From a virus (lineage: Duplodnaviria > Caudoviricetes): a DNA stretch of 64,000 bases. The notes beneath the pieces were generated by a model. The model searched no databases, was not told the DNA's origin, and was given only the letters and a program-made list of their open reading frames with translations. The position numbers were made by a program, and so were the translations under genes. The DNA is taken from IMG/VR virus record IMGVR_UViG_3300006139_000004, positions 32,001-96,000 of that record. The stretch is one strand, 5' to 3'. Of the stretch, positions 43,140-53,757 are shown piece by piece (within the stretch, counting starts at the first letter, position 1; each line of letters starts with the position of its first letter).

Positions 43140-44257
43140 ATGGGAGAATACACTTATACCAATGAGGACTTGATTAAAATGCAATCACGTCCTTTTAATA
43201 CAAAGCTGCAAGTAACAACTGCAAAGTTCCTTGAGTTTTGTCAAAAGACTGAATATAATGTTTCCCTCTCATTTTCGGGGGGGCAGATAGTTCAGTTTTG
43301 TTAGATATGTTTGCAAAGTTTTGGTCATTGCATCGTGAACAGCATGGTAATAAACCCTTGCTTGTTATTTATGCAAATACAAGCAACGAATTTGCGTCTA
43401 TGCCAAAACACGTTAAATTCTTTTGCGAATATATTGAAAACAAATATGATATAAAAATTGATTTGCACATTGTACGAAGCAAGATTACTTTCTTTGATGT
43501 TGTAAAAACTGAAGGGTATCCAGTGGCAAGCAAGAAAGTTGCTCGAATGATCCGTGACGTAAAGGAATTTCTTGATGAAAGAGGTTTGAAATATGAGGAC
43601 GATATTGAACCGTATCTTGATCAGGGAATTGAAACAGCAAACTATTTGCGCTCTATTAACTGTCCTGCGACTATCGTATTAAGACTTTCTGGATACACCA
43701 GAGATAACAACATCTCAAAAACATGGTCAATTCCAAAGAAATGGAGATTTTTAATCAATGCGCCATTTCCAATTAGTGAACATTGTTGTGATATTCTTAA
43801 AAAGCAGCCGATTAAACTTGTTCAAAAGGAAGTAAAAGCTAATCCTATTTATGGGACTTTAGCCGAAGATAGTCAAATGCGGCGAAATGCTTACTTAAAA
43901 ACAGGCTGCAATGCTTTTAAAGATGGTCATGGTAAGTCAACTCCTATGGGATTTTGGACTCGACAGGATATATTAAGATACCTACATGATTTTAATATTC
44001 CCATTGCACCTCCATATGGCGAGATAGTTCAACTTGAAAATGGTAAATTTGAGTTTACCAAAGAACATAATACAGGATGTAAATTATGCTTGTTTGGTTG
44101 TCATTTAGAGAAAGAGCCAAATCGTATTCAGCGTTTAGCTGATATTGAGCCAAACACTTATAAGTTCGTGATGAAAAGTCGTGAGGAAGGTGGTCTTGGT
44201 TATCGTGAAGTAATGGATTATTTAGGAATACCTTATGAAAACAAAGGAGATACATGA
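43140..44257 (+). pseudogene. second PAPS-reductase-family protein, frameshifted at a G7 tract
   Basis: SFSGG then shift at 43277-43283; G8 gives SFSGGADSSVLL continuing to CCDILKK, PMGFW, TGCKLC. Confidence 0.85.
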
Positions 44258-44816
44258 AAAGAGTTTTAACAGTTACAATCGCTTTTTAGCTTTAATATTT
44301 GGCATTGTGGTGGGTCTGATAACGACTCAAGAAAACAAGGTCGAAGAAGTGCAACCGATTCAATCAAGTGAGAAATGTCAATTAGTTCATATTGATTCAA
44401 CTATTCCTGTAATAGAACCTTTCTATACCACAATAGCAAATCATATTACAGAGAACGAACGTGAAACGCTTGCACGACTTGTATATCTGGAGGCCAGAGG
44501 ACAATCTTATCTTGGTCAAAAGGCGGTTGTAGAAGTTGTATTGAATAGAGTATTGAGTGATGAATTCCCTAACACGATTGACGATGTAATATATCAAAAG
44601 AATCAGTTTTCTCCTGCAAAATACATTGAAACAACTACTCCAACTCAAATTCAATATGACGTAGTTGATGAAGTTTTATCTGAGATTTATCCAGTTTTGA
44701 ATACAAATGTGCTGTTCTTTTCAACGAAACAATATAATGATTTGCTCTATAAAAAGATTGGTGATCATTATTTTTGTTATTCTACAAAATCTTATGAAAA
44801 ACAGAAAGGAAACTAA
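44254..44816 (+). CDS. SleB/Hydrolase_2 cell wall hydrolase; probable 1-nt frameshift in the N-terminal T tract
   Basis: LARLVYLEARGQ, VVLNRV, FPNTI..VIYQ.NQFS, IGDHYF; ATG 44254 after AAGGAG needs T6 instead of T5 at ~44283. Confidence 0.8.
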
Positions 44817-45044
44817 CAACAATGAAGCGCAATAATTATCCCAAGCGTAAAAACTCCGAGCAGATGGATGAGCCAAAGAAAGTCGTTAAGATCAGTTGCA
44901 TGGAGTGCGGGAGTTCTCATGGAACTATGCGAAAGATTAACGATCATGGCAAGAGAGGGTATCTTTGTGAGTATTGTTTTGCCGACTATCAGGCTGACAA
45001 TGAATCCTAATAACAATAAATACAACAATATAGGAGGCTGATTT

Positions 45045-45731
45045 ATGAAAGTTGTTTCCCCGGCATTTGATATTCTTACACCTATTGATGGTATTGAAAT
45101 TTTGAAAACCATTGAGACAGTAGGCCGCACTTGCTATAAGAGTGAAGATAAAATCACTGATGATTCTTGTGTTAATTTTGTACAGGGCATTATCAATCGT
45201 GGACATGAGGCTGTAATTGAACACTACAACATTACTGTTCGGCTGACAAATGATCGAGGCGTTTCCCATGAGGAAGTACGTCACCGTATTGCCAGTTATG
45301 CTCAAGAGTCTACACGGTATTGTAATTATGCCAAGGATAAATTCGGTAATGAGATTACATATATCGACATTCGGGGCGGCATGGAACTCGATCCAAAGGT
45401 TAGCAAGTTGGATGTTGTCATTCAGTCTCAAATCTATGATGAGTGGGTAGAGGCTTGTTTAGATGCAGAGAAGCATTACAACAAAATGATTTCGCTTGGT
45501 GCTACACCTCAGATTGCTCGAAGCGTTCTCAACAACTCTACCAAGACCGAAATTTGCATCACTATGAATATCAGGGAGTGGAGGCATTTCTTTGACTTAC
45601 GTTGTTCTCCCGCAGCACATCCGCAGATGAGAGAGATTGCCATTATGCTCCTGAAGGCGTTTAAGACGATGATTCCTGTTGTCTTTGATGATCTGTACAA
45701 AAAGTATGTGACAGATGCCAAGACGGAGTAA
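45045..45731 (+). CDS. thyX: FAD-dependent thymidylate synthase
   Basis: GHEAVIEH, RHRIASYAQESTRY, ARSVL, HPQMR. Confidence 0.95.
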   Translation: MKVVSPAFDILTPIDGIEILKTIETVGRTCYKSEDKITDDSCVNFVQGIINRGHEAVIEHYNITVRLTNDRGVSHEEVRHRIASYAQESTRYCNYAKDKFGNEITYIDIRGGMELDPKVSKLDVVIQSQIYDEWVEACLDAEKHYNKMISLGATPQIARSVLNNSTKTEICITMNIREWRHFFDLRCSPAAHPQMREIAIMLLKAFKTMIPVVFDDLYKKYVTDAKTE

Positions 45732-46236
45732 CAGATATATTGAGTGTGGGGATTACTACAAAATTGAATTGTATTATCCCCGCACCAATAGGGTATGTGA
45801 TTACGCTCTTATTTCCAAAAGTGATAAAGAGATAGCAGAAAAAATTTTTTGGAGAAAGACAGAATATGGCTATGCCAGAGGCAAAAATCCATCAACAGGC
45901 AAAGATGTTTTATTACATAAACACATTACTCAAACAACAAAAGAAACAGTAATTGATCACATCAATAGAAACAAACTTGATTGTCGCCGTTCAAACATGA
46001 GGATTGCTGATAGTCAAATCAATTCTTTGAACAGAAATCCTCCAAGAAACTCTTTGACTGGATATAAAGGTGTTTCGTTTGATGTGAGAAGTGGTAAATA
46101 CAAGGCGTACATTAAAATTGATAGAAAGCAATTTAATCTTGGACTATTTGACACTCCAGAAAGAGCATATCAAGAACGAATGGATTTTGAAAGCAAATTA
46201 ATGTATTGCCTAAGTAAAAATTGTAAGGGGGCATGA
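45715..46236 (+). CDS. HNH homing endonuclease with AP2 domain
   Basis: DHINRNKLDCRRSN, GYKGV, LGLFDTPE.A. Confidence 0.88.
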   Translation: MPRRSNRYIECGDYYKIELYYPRTNRVCDYALISKSDKEIAEKIFWRKTEYGYARGKNPSTGKDVLLHKHITQTTKETVIDHINRNKLDCRRSNMRIADSQINSLNRNPPRNSLTGYKGVSFDVRSGKYKAYIKIDRKQFNLGLFDTPERAYQERMDFESKLMYCLSKNCKGA

Positions 46237-46237
46237 A

Positions 46238-46777
46238 ATGAAAGTAATTTTGATTTCCGGGAAGGCTCGACATGGCAAGGATACTCTTGCAGGAATGTTT
46301 AAAGATTATCTTGAAGATGAGGGTTATCGTGTGCTGATTGCACATTATGGCGATTTGGTTAAGTACGTCTGTGAGAAATTCTTTGATTGGGATGGCAATA
46401 AAGACGAGGCTGGCAGAACTCTTTTACAGTATGTAGGTACAGATATTGTTCGTAAACAGAATGAAGATTTTTGGGCGAACTTTATCAAAGACATTCTGAC
46501 GATGTTTAGCCATGAATGGGACTATGTTCTTATTCCTGATACAAGGTTTGTTAATGAGGTAGAGTGTTTCAATGGGGACTTTGATTCAAGTCTTGTACGT
46601 ATCTACCGTCCAAACTACGACTCTGGCCTGACACCGCAGCAGTTATCACATCCTTCCGAAACTGCTCTTGATGATTATAAGTATGATTGTTACGTAGTTA
46701 ATGATGGCGGTCTGCAAGACCTAAGAAATAAAGTCCCGGAAATTTTAAAGACTATCGGAGGTCTAAATGCGGGATAA
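46238..46777 (+). CDS. deoxynucleoside monophosphate kinase
   Basis: SGKARHGKDT, RTLLQYVGT, DTRF.NE, HPSETALD. Confidence 0.85.
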   Translation: MKVILISGKARHGKDTLAGMFKDYLEDEGYRVLIAHYGDLVKYVCEKFFDWDGNKDEAGRTLLQYVGTDIVRKQNEDFWANFIKDILTMFSHEWDYVLIPDTRFVNEVECFNGDFDSSLVRIYRPNYDSGLTPQQLSHPSETALDDYKYDCYVVNDGGLQDLRNKVPEILKTIGGLNAG

Positions 46778-47306
46778 GAGAATCATTCTGTGTGATGCAG
46801 ATGATACTATTGAGAATCTGTGTCAGATATGGGTAACATATCTCAATAGAATGTATGGAACGACTGTACATAGTAGTGAGATTGTTGATTGGAATGTAAG
46901 TCTATTTTTTCCATCACTGACAAAAGAACAGGTTTATGATCCGATTTTCAATAAGAATTTTTGGAAAGAAATCAATCCTATTGATGGCTGTTATAAGGTT
47001 CTTGAAGAAATTAACAAGCGAGATGAATTGTATATCATCACAGCAACCAACTATCAAACTTGTGATACAAAGATTGAAAGAATACTTGAAATGTATCCGT
47101 TTCTCAAATGGTCGCAATTCATTATTACAGAAAGAAAGCAATTAGTGTATGGTGACTGGTTGATTGATGATGGGGTACACAACTTTGATGGCGGTGTTTA
47201 TAAAGGAATTTTAATGAGTCAACCTCATAACAAAAACTTTAATGCTGAAGAAAATGGTCTTATTCGAGTTCATGGATGGGATGAAATCAGCAAAATTCTA
47301 CTTTAA
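46767..47306 (+). CDS. 5'(3')-deoxyribonucleotidase (HAD, NT5C)
   Basis: DADDT, LIDD, PHN. Confidence 0.85.
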   Translation: MRDKRIILCDADDTIENLCQIWVTYLNRMYGTTVHSSEIVDWNVSLFFPSLTKEQVYDPIFNKNFWKEINPIDGCYKVLEEINKRDELYIITATNYQTCDTKIERILEMYPFLKWSQFIITERKQLVYGDWLIDDGVHNFDGGVYKGILMSQPHNKNFNAEENGLIRVHGWDEISKILL

Positions 47307-47324
47307 CAAATTGGGAGGAACATT

Positions 47325-47762
47325 ATGAATTATATGGAAATGACAGGAGATTTGTTTGCTGTCCCACAGGGTTATTACCTTGCTCATTGTATCTCTGGTG
47401 ACTTCTCTCTTGGTGCCGGAATTGCAAAACAGTTCGATGAAGTTTATAATATGCGCTTTAAGTTGTTTAGGGACTATCCTTTTGAAGCAAATGAAAAGTA
47501 TGGATATGTAGGCAAGGCTCTCTTAGTGGACAATGTATTTAATCTTGTTACTAAGCCAAGACATTATCATCGTCCTGATTATGATACATTGCTTGATACC
47601 ATCATTGATATGAGGGATCAATGTGAAAATCTAAATATTACTAAGTTGGCAATGCCTAAGATCGGTTCTGGCCTTGACAGGCTGGATTGGGAGAAAGTCA
47701 AAGAAATCATTCAGGATGTGTTTGATGACTCTGATATTGAAATCTTGATTTGTAGTCTGTAA
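47325..47762 (+). CDS. macrodomain ADP-ribosyl hydrolase (TARG1/DarG-like)
   Basis: GDLF, AHCIS.D..LGAGIA, NLVTK, MPKIGSGLDRLDW. Confidence 0.88.
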   Translation: MNYMEMTGDLFAVPQGYYLAHCISGDFSLGAGIAKQFDEVYNMRFKLFRDYPFEANEKYGYVGKALLVDNVFNLVTKPRHYHRPDYDTLLDTIIDMRDQCENLNITKLAMPKIGSGLDRLDWEKVKEIIQDVFDDSDIEILICSL

Positions 47763-47774
47763 AGAGGAATTGCC

Positions 47775-48992
47775 ATGACAGAGTATAAACCCCGATATTT
47801 AGTCATGGTTACTGCGTCTGCAAACAATAATAAGTATTATCGTCAAATTCCTAATGGTGATACATGGATTGCTGAATACGGTAGAGTAGGCAGCAATCCG
47901 CAGCGCAGAACTTATCCTATGAGTCAATGGGAGTCAAAGTACAAAGAGAAAATTAAAAAAGGATACGTTGATCAGACCGATTTAGCAGAAGATTTAATGC
48001 AAGTAGAAAAGTCAAAGCAAAATAACAAGTATAAGGAAATTGAGAATAGGTCTATTGCTGAGATTGTAGAACGTCTACAAAACATGGCACGAAAAGCCAT
48101 TAGTGATAACTATACTATCTCATCGAATAAAGTTACACAAGCAATGGTCGATGAAGCACAAAACATTCTAACAAGTTTGCTTGATGTGAAAGATGTTAGT
48201 AAGTTTAACGATATTCTATTAAAGTTGTTTACCACAATTCCACGTAAAATGAGTAATGTAAAATCGTTTCTCGCAATATCTGAAAATGATTTTGCAAGTA
48301 TCATTGATAAAGAACAGAACTTGCTTGATGTTATGAGTGGTCAGGTTGTTCAACATCAAGTTATTGATGAAACTCCTGAAGAAGTCAAAAAGCAAGATTG
48401 TACCATTCTTGAACAACTTGGTCTTGAATTTGATGAATGTGACAACAAGGATATTGCAATTATTAAAACTGCTTTAGGTTCTTGTTCTGATAAATTTTAT
48501 CGTGCATGGAAAGTCAAAAATCTTAGAACACAGAAACGATATGATCAGTTCATTAAAGACAACAATATCAAGAATACTAAATTACTCTTTCATGGGAGTC
48601 GCAATGAGAATTGGTGGTCAATTATTAATAGCGGCTTAGTCTTAAAACCTACCAATGCTGTTATTACTGGCAAGATGTTTGGCTATGGAATTTACTACGC
48701 TCCTAAAGCAAGAAAGTCTTTAGGTTATACGAGCCTTTCAGGTAGCTATTGGGCGAAAGGAAATTCCAATTCAGGCTTTATGGCTCTTATGGATGTAGCA
48801 TATGGCAAGCCTTATGATGTACATTCATTTGATAGTAAATATTATAATTTCAATTACGATGAACTGCAACGTGTTTGTAAAGGAGCAAATTGTTTACACG
48901 CACACGAAGGAAGTATGCTTCGTAACGATGAAATTATAGTATATAAAGAAGATCAGTGTACTATTCGGTATCTGATTGAACTGAAAAATTAG
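47775..48992 (+). CDS. poly(ADP-ribose) polymerase: WGR + regulatory + catalytic domain
   Basis: NNNKYY..YGRVG (WGR); FTTIP; LLFHGS, GKMFGYGIYYA, KSLGY, DEIIVY (H-Y-E triad). Confidence 0.88.
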   Translation: MTEYKPRYLVMVTASANNNKYYRQIPNGDTWIAEYGRVGSNPQRRTYPMSQWESKYKEKIKKGYVDQTDLAEDLMQVEKSKQNNKYKEIENRSIAEIVERLQNMARKAISDNYTISSNKVTQAMVDEAQNILTSLLDVKDVSKFNDILLKLFTTIPRKMSNVKSFLAISENDFASIIDKEQNLLDVMSGQVVQHQVIDETPEEVKKQDCTILEQLGLEFDECDNKDIAIIKTALGSCSDKFYRAWKVKNLRTQKRYDQFIKDNNIKNTKLLFHGSRNENWWSIINSGLVLKPTNAVITGKMFGYGIYYAPKARKSLGYTSLSGSYWAKGNSNSGFMALMDVAYGKPYDVHSFDSKYYNFNYDELQRVCKGANCLHAHEGSMLRNDEIIVYKEDQCTIRYLIELKN

Positions 48993-49009
48993 AATGAAGA
49001 GGTGGTTCA

Positions 49010-51274
49010 ATGACTGTAATAAAGCGTGATGGCAGAGAAGTTGAGTTTGACAAAACAAAAATTAGTGATGCAATTTGCAAAGCGATTGTAGAGGTTGATG
49101 GCTCTTTGGCAGATGATACAAAGCAACTTGCATATGATATTGCTGATCGTATTGAGTCAAAAAATAAAGGTATTAATTTGACAGTTGAGCAGATTCAAGA
49201 TATGGTTGAAATTCAACTTATGCTTAGTTATCGCAAAGACATTGCAAAGGCATATATCTTGTATCGAAATGAAAGAACTAAAATCCGTGATAGGAATAGC
49301 AATCTTGTCAAGAAAATCATGGTACGTGCTGATTCCAAAGTCAATTTTCACTCAAATGCGAATGTCGATGAATCCTCATTCTCTGGACGTGAAAAAGAGG
49401 CTTCAGCCGATATTGGCAAAATGATCGCACTGGACTTTGATGGCCTGTCTCAAGATGTTGCCAATGCTCATAAGGAGATGTTGGTATATCAGCACGATCT
49501 TGAAAAGGCAATCTATGGTATTCATAACTGTCTTAATCTGAACTTCCAAGAGATTTTTACCTATGGTTTTAGGACACGCAATGGCGATGTAAGACCGCCT
49601 TCCTCTTTTAGCACAGCTTGTCAGTTGTATGCTGTAGCGTTCCAGTGTCAAAGTCAAGTACAGTTTGGCGGTGTTGGTAGTATTCATACCGACCTTGATC
49701 TTGCACCATTCGTAAAACTTAGTTTTTATAAACATTTTGCAGATGGCATTGTGTACTTGGATCATTATAGTAGAGAAGATGCAGACTGGATTTTAGATCA
49801 GTGGAAGAACAGTAAGCGGTCTATTGATGATCCGTATTTTAAGAAGTCGTTTAATGAGACTGTTTATCAGTATGCTATAGATATGTTGGAGCGTGAGGGT
49901 AAACAGGCCGCACAGGGGCTTTACCACAATCTGAATACACTTGAATCCAGACAGGGTTCACAGGTTCCCTTTACAAGTATCAATCTTGGACGTGATACCA
50001 GTTTTGAGGGACGGTTGGTAACTAAGTGGATCATGGAGGCCAGCATTGACGGCATTGGACAGCATCACCTTACAAGTATCTTCCCCATTAGCATTTTCCA
50101 GTATAAGCAAGGCACTAATGCTAATGTTGGTGATCCAAACTATGATCTCAAGCAGCTTGCTCTTAAATCTATGAGTAAGCGTATTTATCCTAACTGGTGT
50201 AACTGCGACTGGTCACAGGCTCATGAGGATGAGAATAATCCTGATACATACTTTGCTACGATGGGTTGTCGCACATTGATTGGGTATGATCGGCATGGTC
50301 TTGGTTATATTCGTCAAGGACGTGGTAATAACGTTCCTAACACAATTATTCTTCCTAAGTTGGGTATTGAGTTTGGTATTTGTCTTGGCAAGCGTGATAA
50401 GCCTGATTTGGATGGGTTCTGGAAGGCTTTTGAGGAAACCTTAAAGCTGACAGAACGTGGGCTTTTGGAGCGTTTTGAAATCATGATACGGCAATCTCCT
50501 AAGTCTGCGCCATTTATGTATCAGAACAATACAATTCAGGATGCAAGGAATTGTGAAAAGGACGTGTTTAATGCGCTGAAACACAATACACTGGCGATTG
50601 GATATATTGGTATTGCTGAAATGTGTCAAGCACTTTTTGGTAAGAATCATGTTCATGATGCAGACGTTCATGCTTTTGCCCTGTCTGTTGTTAAGCGTAT
50701 TAATGAGTATGCTGCTGAAGCATCAGAGCGCAATAATCTAAACTTCTCTTGCTATGCTACTCCTGCCGAGGGTCTTTGCCGCACAGCATTGATGGGACTC
50801 CGTGATCAGTATGGCATTATTGAAAATGTCACATCACATGAATACCTGACAAATTCTCATCATGTTCCTGTTTGGGAAAAGGTGTCTATCCAGCAGAAGT
50901 TGGAGTGTGAGGCTCCGTTCTGTAAGTATCCTACTGGCGGCTGTATTACTTATGTTGAATTGGATAGTACATTTGTAAAGAATACAAAAGCTGTTGAGGA
51001 TATTATTGATTATGCGTTTAAGGTTCTTGATATTCCGTATCTGGCCTTTAACTTTCCTATTGATAGTTGTTTGAATTGTGGCTATCAGGGCGAGTTCAAT
51101 GATAGGTGTCCTCAGTGTGGCAGCGAAAACATTCAGCAGCTTCGCCGTGTGACAGGGTATCTTACGACAGACTATCGTAATTTCAATGATGGCAAACAAC
51201 GTGAAGTGCTTGAACGTGAGCAGCACAGCAAATATACTCCACAAATTAATCATGACGGATCAGATGAATCTTAA
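49010..51274 (+). CDS. nrdD: anaerobic ribonucleoside-triphosphate reductase with ATP cone
   Basis: VIKRDG, MGCRT, ATPAEG, YLTNS, CxxC..CxxC, RRVTGYL. Confidence 0.95.
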   Translation: MTVIKRDGREVEFDKTKISDAICKAIVEVDGSLADDTKQLAYDIADRIESKNKGINLTVEQIQDMVEIQLMLSYRKDIAKAYILYRNERTKIRDRNSNLVKKIMVRADSKVNFHSNANVDESSFSGREKEASADIGKMIALDFDGLSQDVANAHKEMLVYQHDLEKAIYGIHNCLNLNFQEIFTYGFRTRNGDVRPPSSFSTACQLYAVAFQCQSQVQFGGVGSIHTDLDLAPFVKLSFYKHFADGIVYLDHYSREDADWILDQWKNSKRSIDDPYFKKSFNETVYQYAIDMLEREGKQAAQGLYHNLNTLESRQGSQVPFTSINLGRDTSFEGRLVTKWIMEASIDGIGQHHLTSIFPISIFQYKQGTNANVGDPNYDLKQLALKSMSKRIYPNWCNCDWSQAHEDENNPDTYFATMGCRTLIGYDRHGLGYIRQGRGNNVPNTIILPKLGIEFGICLGKRDKPDLDGFWKAFEETLKLTERGLLERFEIMIRQSPKSAPFMYQNNTIQDARNCEKDVFNALKHNTLAIGYIGIAEMCQALFGKNHVHDADVHAFALSVVKRINEYAAEASERNNLNFSCYATPAEGLCRTALMGLRDQYGIIENVTSHEYLTNSHHVPVWEKVSIQQKLECEAPFCKYPTGGCITYVELDSTFVKNTKAVEDIIDYAFKVLDIPYLAFNFPIDSCLNCGYQGEFNDRCPQCGSENIQQLRRVTGYLTTDYRNFNDGKQREVLEREQHSKYTPQINHDGSDES

Positions 51275-51815
51275 TTTAAGATACGCTGGTATTGAATATG
51301 ACGATGTAGCAAATGGTATTGGCTTGGGGGCAGTATTTTTTACTCAAGGCTGTCCCCACCAATGTCCAGAGTGCCAAAATCCCCAAACGTGGAGTAAGGA
51401 TGGTGGCATGAAATTCACTGATTCAGTATTAGATCAACTAATTCAATACTACTATGATGTTCCATATGCCAGCAGATTAACACTTTCAGGTGGTGATCCA
51501 TTAGCAAATCCTGAATTAACTTTTAATGTAATTCTCAAATTCAAATCTGTTTTTCCATATAAAAAGATTTGGTTATATACGGGTTACAATTTTGAAGATT
51601 TTGCTTTTAATGTTCCTACAACGGACAACGAACGTTTAATTCAAAAAATTGTTCGGCTATGCAATGTAATTGTCGATGGCGAATTTAAAATTGACAAAAG
51701 AGATATTACATTGCAATTTATAGGTTCAAGCAATCAAAGAATTATTGATGTGCAAAAATCTTTAAAAGCCAATCAAACAGTTTTATGGAATGACATGAAT
51801 GGAGGCAATACTTGA
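51252..51815 (+). CDS. nrdG: anaerobic RNR activating radical SAM enzyme
   Basis: GCPHQCPECQN, SGGDP, GSSNQR. Confidence 0.92.
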   Translation: MTDQMNLNLRYAGIEYDDVANGIGLGAVFFTQGCPHQCPECQNPQTWSKDGGMKFTDSVLDQLIQYYYDVPYASRLTLSGGDPLANPELTFNVILKFKSVFPYKKIWLYTGYNFEDFAFNVPTTDNERLIQKIVRLCNVIVDGEFKIDKRDITLQFIGSSNQRIIDVQKSLKANQTVLWNDMNGGNT

Positions 51816-51963
51816 AATATATTCTTGAAGTCCAATTTGAAACAGATGACCTTGATCCAGAAGAAAGTGAACTGGTTGAGGATATTCGTCATGATGTAGA
51901 AGATGTAATTGCAAATTATTCTATAACAGACAATCCAAAAGTAAAAATTAGGGAGGGTAACTA

Positions 51964-52509
51964 ATGCTTGTTGTAAATCTTTTTGGTGCGCCCGGAGCAG
52001 GAAAGTCTACTGGTGCAGCGTATATCTTCTCGCAACTCAAGATGGCTGGTATTAATGCAGAACTGGTTACGGAATTTGCCAAGGATAAAGTTTGGGAAGA
52101 GAGCAAGGCCGTGTTCCAGAATCAAGCCTATATCTTTGGTAAACAGTATTTCCGTATCAGTCGCCTTCAGGATAAGGTTGATGTTGTAGTGACTGACTCC
52201 CCCATCATTCTGTCACCTTTCTATGCTAACGATCCTGTGCTTGGTGATGAGTTTGATACCCTTTGTACTAAGGTGTTTAACTCTTATGACTCAATGAATG
52301 TGTTTGTCAACCGTGTTAAACCTTACAATCCCGTTGGACGCTTCCAGACAGAAAGCGAGAGCGACCAGTTGGCGGCTGATCTGTTTGCGTTCCTGAATAA
52401 GCATGGTATCGTTTGCCGTCACTATGATGGTAGTCTTGATGGGTATAAAGTTCTCATTGCAGATATTATGGAGAGGCTTAAATGTCCCGGTAGAAGCTAT
52501 GGCATATAA
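51964..52509 (+). CDS. P-loop kinase (AAA_28/NadR-like)
   Basis: GAPGAGKST, EFAK, TDSP. Confidence 0.75.
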   Translation: MLVVNLFGAPGAGKSTGAAYIFSQLKMAGINAELVTEFAKDKVWEESKAVFQNQAYIFGKQYFRISRLQDKVDVVVTDSPIILSPFYANDPVLGDEFDTLCTKVFNSYDSMNVFVNRVKPYNPVGRFQTESESDQLAADLFAFLNKHGIVCRHYDGSLDGYKVLIADIMERLKCPGRSYGI

Positions 52510-52535
52510 CAATAAATACAACTGCGGAGGATTGA

Positions 52536-53254
52536 ATGGAGTATATTGATTGCAAGTCTATTGCTCAGAAATGGAAAGATGAAATTAAAGCACATGGTAT
52601 AAAAGCTAAATTTTATGTACTTCAAGTTGGTGATAATCCTGCATCAACCGCCTATATAAAAGGCAAGATTAAGGATGCTCAAGAGGTTGGGTTTGAATGT
52701 GTACATGTTCATATTCCAGCTACAACACGTGAACAGGTCTATCATGAAGTCAGTATGAAACTTGAAGAACTGAAATACAGCATGGAAGCAGACGGTGTTA
52801 TTCTCCAGTTGCCTTTACCCTTTAGCCTGACGATGGATGATTTTAAAGATCATATGAATCCTGATAAAGATGTAGACGGGTTCTTAACTGATTCTCCTTT
52901 CGCCCCTTGTACACCTGACGGTATCATGCAAATGCTACAGTATGTTTATGCCACTCCTTTACGGATCGCAAGCAACTTGAGGAACTTGCTAAGAAAGCAG
53001 ACATTTTTGTAAGCGCAGTTGGTAAACCAGATTTTATAAGCAGCAGTCTTTTCAAAGAAGGAGCAGTAGTTATTGATGTAGGCATTAACCGTACTGAAGA
53101 TAAATTGTGCGGAGATATATCTATTGACAAAACCAACACAAAAAATATCTTGATAACTCCTGTTCCGGGCGGTGTTGGCCTTTTAACAAGAGCAATGCTC
53201 ATGCAGCACATTCTTAGAGCATATGAAAAATATCACATTTGGAGGGCTATATGA
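52536..53254 (+). pseudogene. folD: FolD (methylene-THF dehydrogenase/cyclohydrolase) with internal deletion and frameshift
   Basis: VGDNPAS..Y, QLPLP, KDVDG, PCTP in one frame; NATV..CHS, AVGKP, DVGINR, TPVPGGVG in another; the NADP-binding segment is absent. Confidence 0.85.
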
Positions 53255-53757
53255 ATAAGTTTGAACGTGTATCTGAAACAGAATATAACAAGGTATTAAC
53301 AAGTGATTGTACTGCCAAAAACGGTGTAATTTGTGTTGCACCTTATGAGAATATTAAACTTCCACATAGAGCCACAGTGCGGAGTGCTGGGTATGATTTC
53401 TTTTCTCCTATCTCTTTTAAATTAAAGCCGGGACAGACTATTAAGGTTCCTACATTTGTCAAGGCTCAATTAAGCCACGGCAGAGTTCTCATGCTTTATC
53501 CCCGTAGCAGCTATGGGTTTAAATATCGGATGCAACTTGACAATACTGTTGGTGTCGTTGACGGTGACTATTATAACAATGAAAGTAATGAGGGGCATAT
53601 TTTCATTAAGATCACAAATGATAGCAAGACAGGCAAGACACTTGAGGTTAATGTTGGAGATGCTTTTGCACAAGGCATTATCATGGGATATGATGTTACA
53701 GACAACGATGACGCTACCGCTATCCGAACTGGTGGAATAGGTTCAACATCGGTATGA
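53251..53757 (+). CDS. dut: dUTPase
   Basis: SAGYDF, PRSS, GVVDGDY, FAQG, RTGGIGST. Confidence 0.92.
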   Translation: MNKFERVSETEYNKVLTSDCTAKNGVICVAPYENIKLPHRATVRSAGYDFFSPISFKLKPGQTIKVPTFVKAQLSHGRVLMLYPRSSYGFKYRMQLDNTVGVVDGDYYNNESNEGHIFIKITNDSKTGKTLEVNVGDAFAQGIIMGYDVTDNDDATAIRTGGIGSTSV

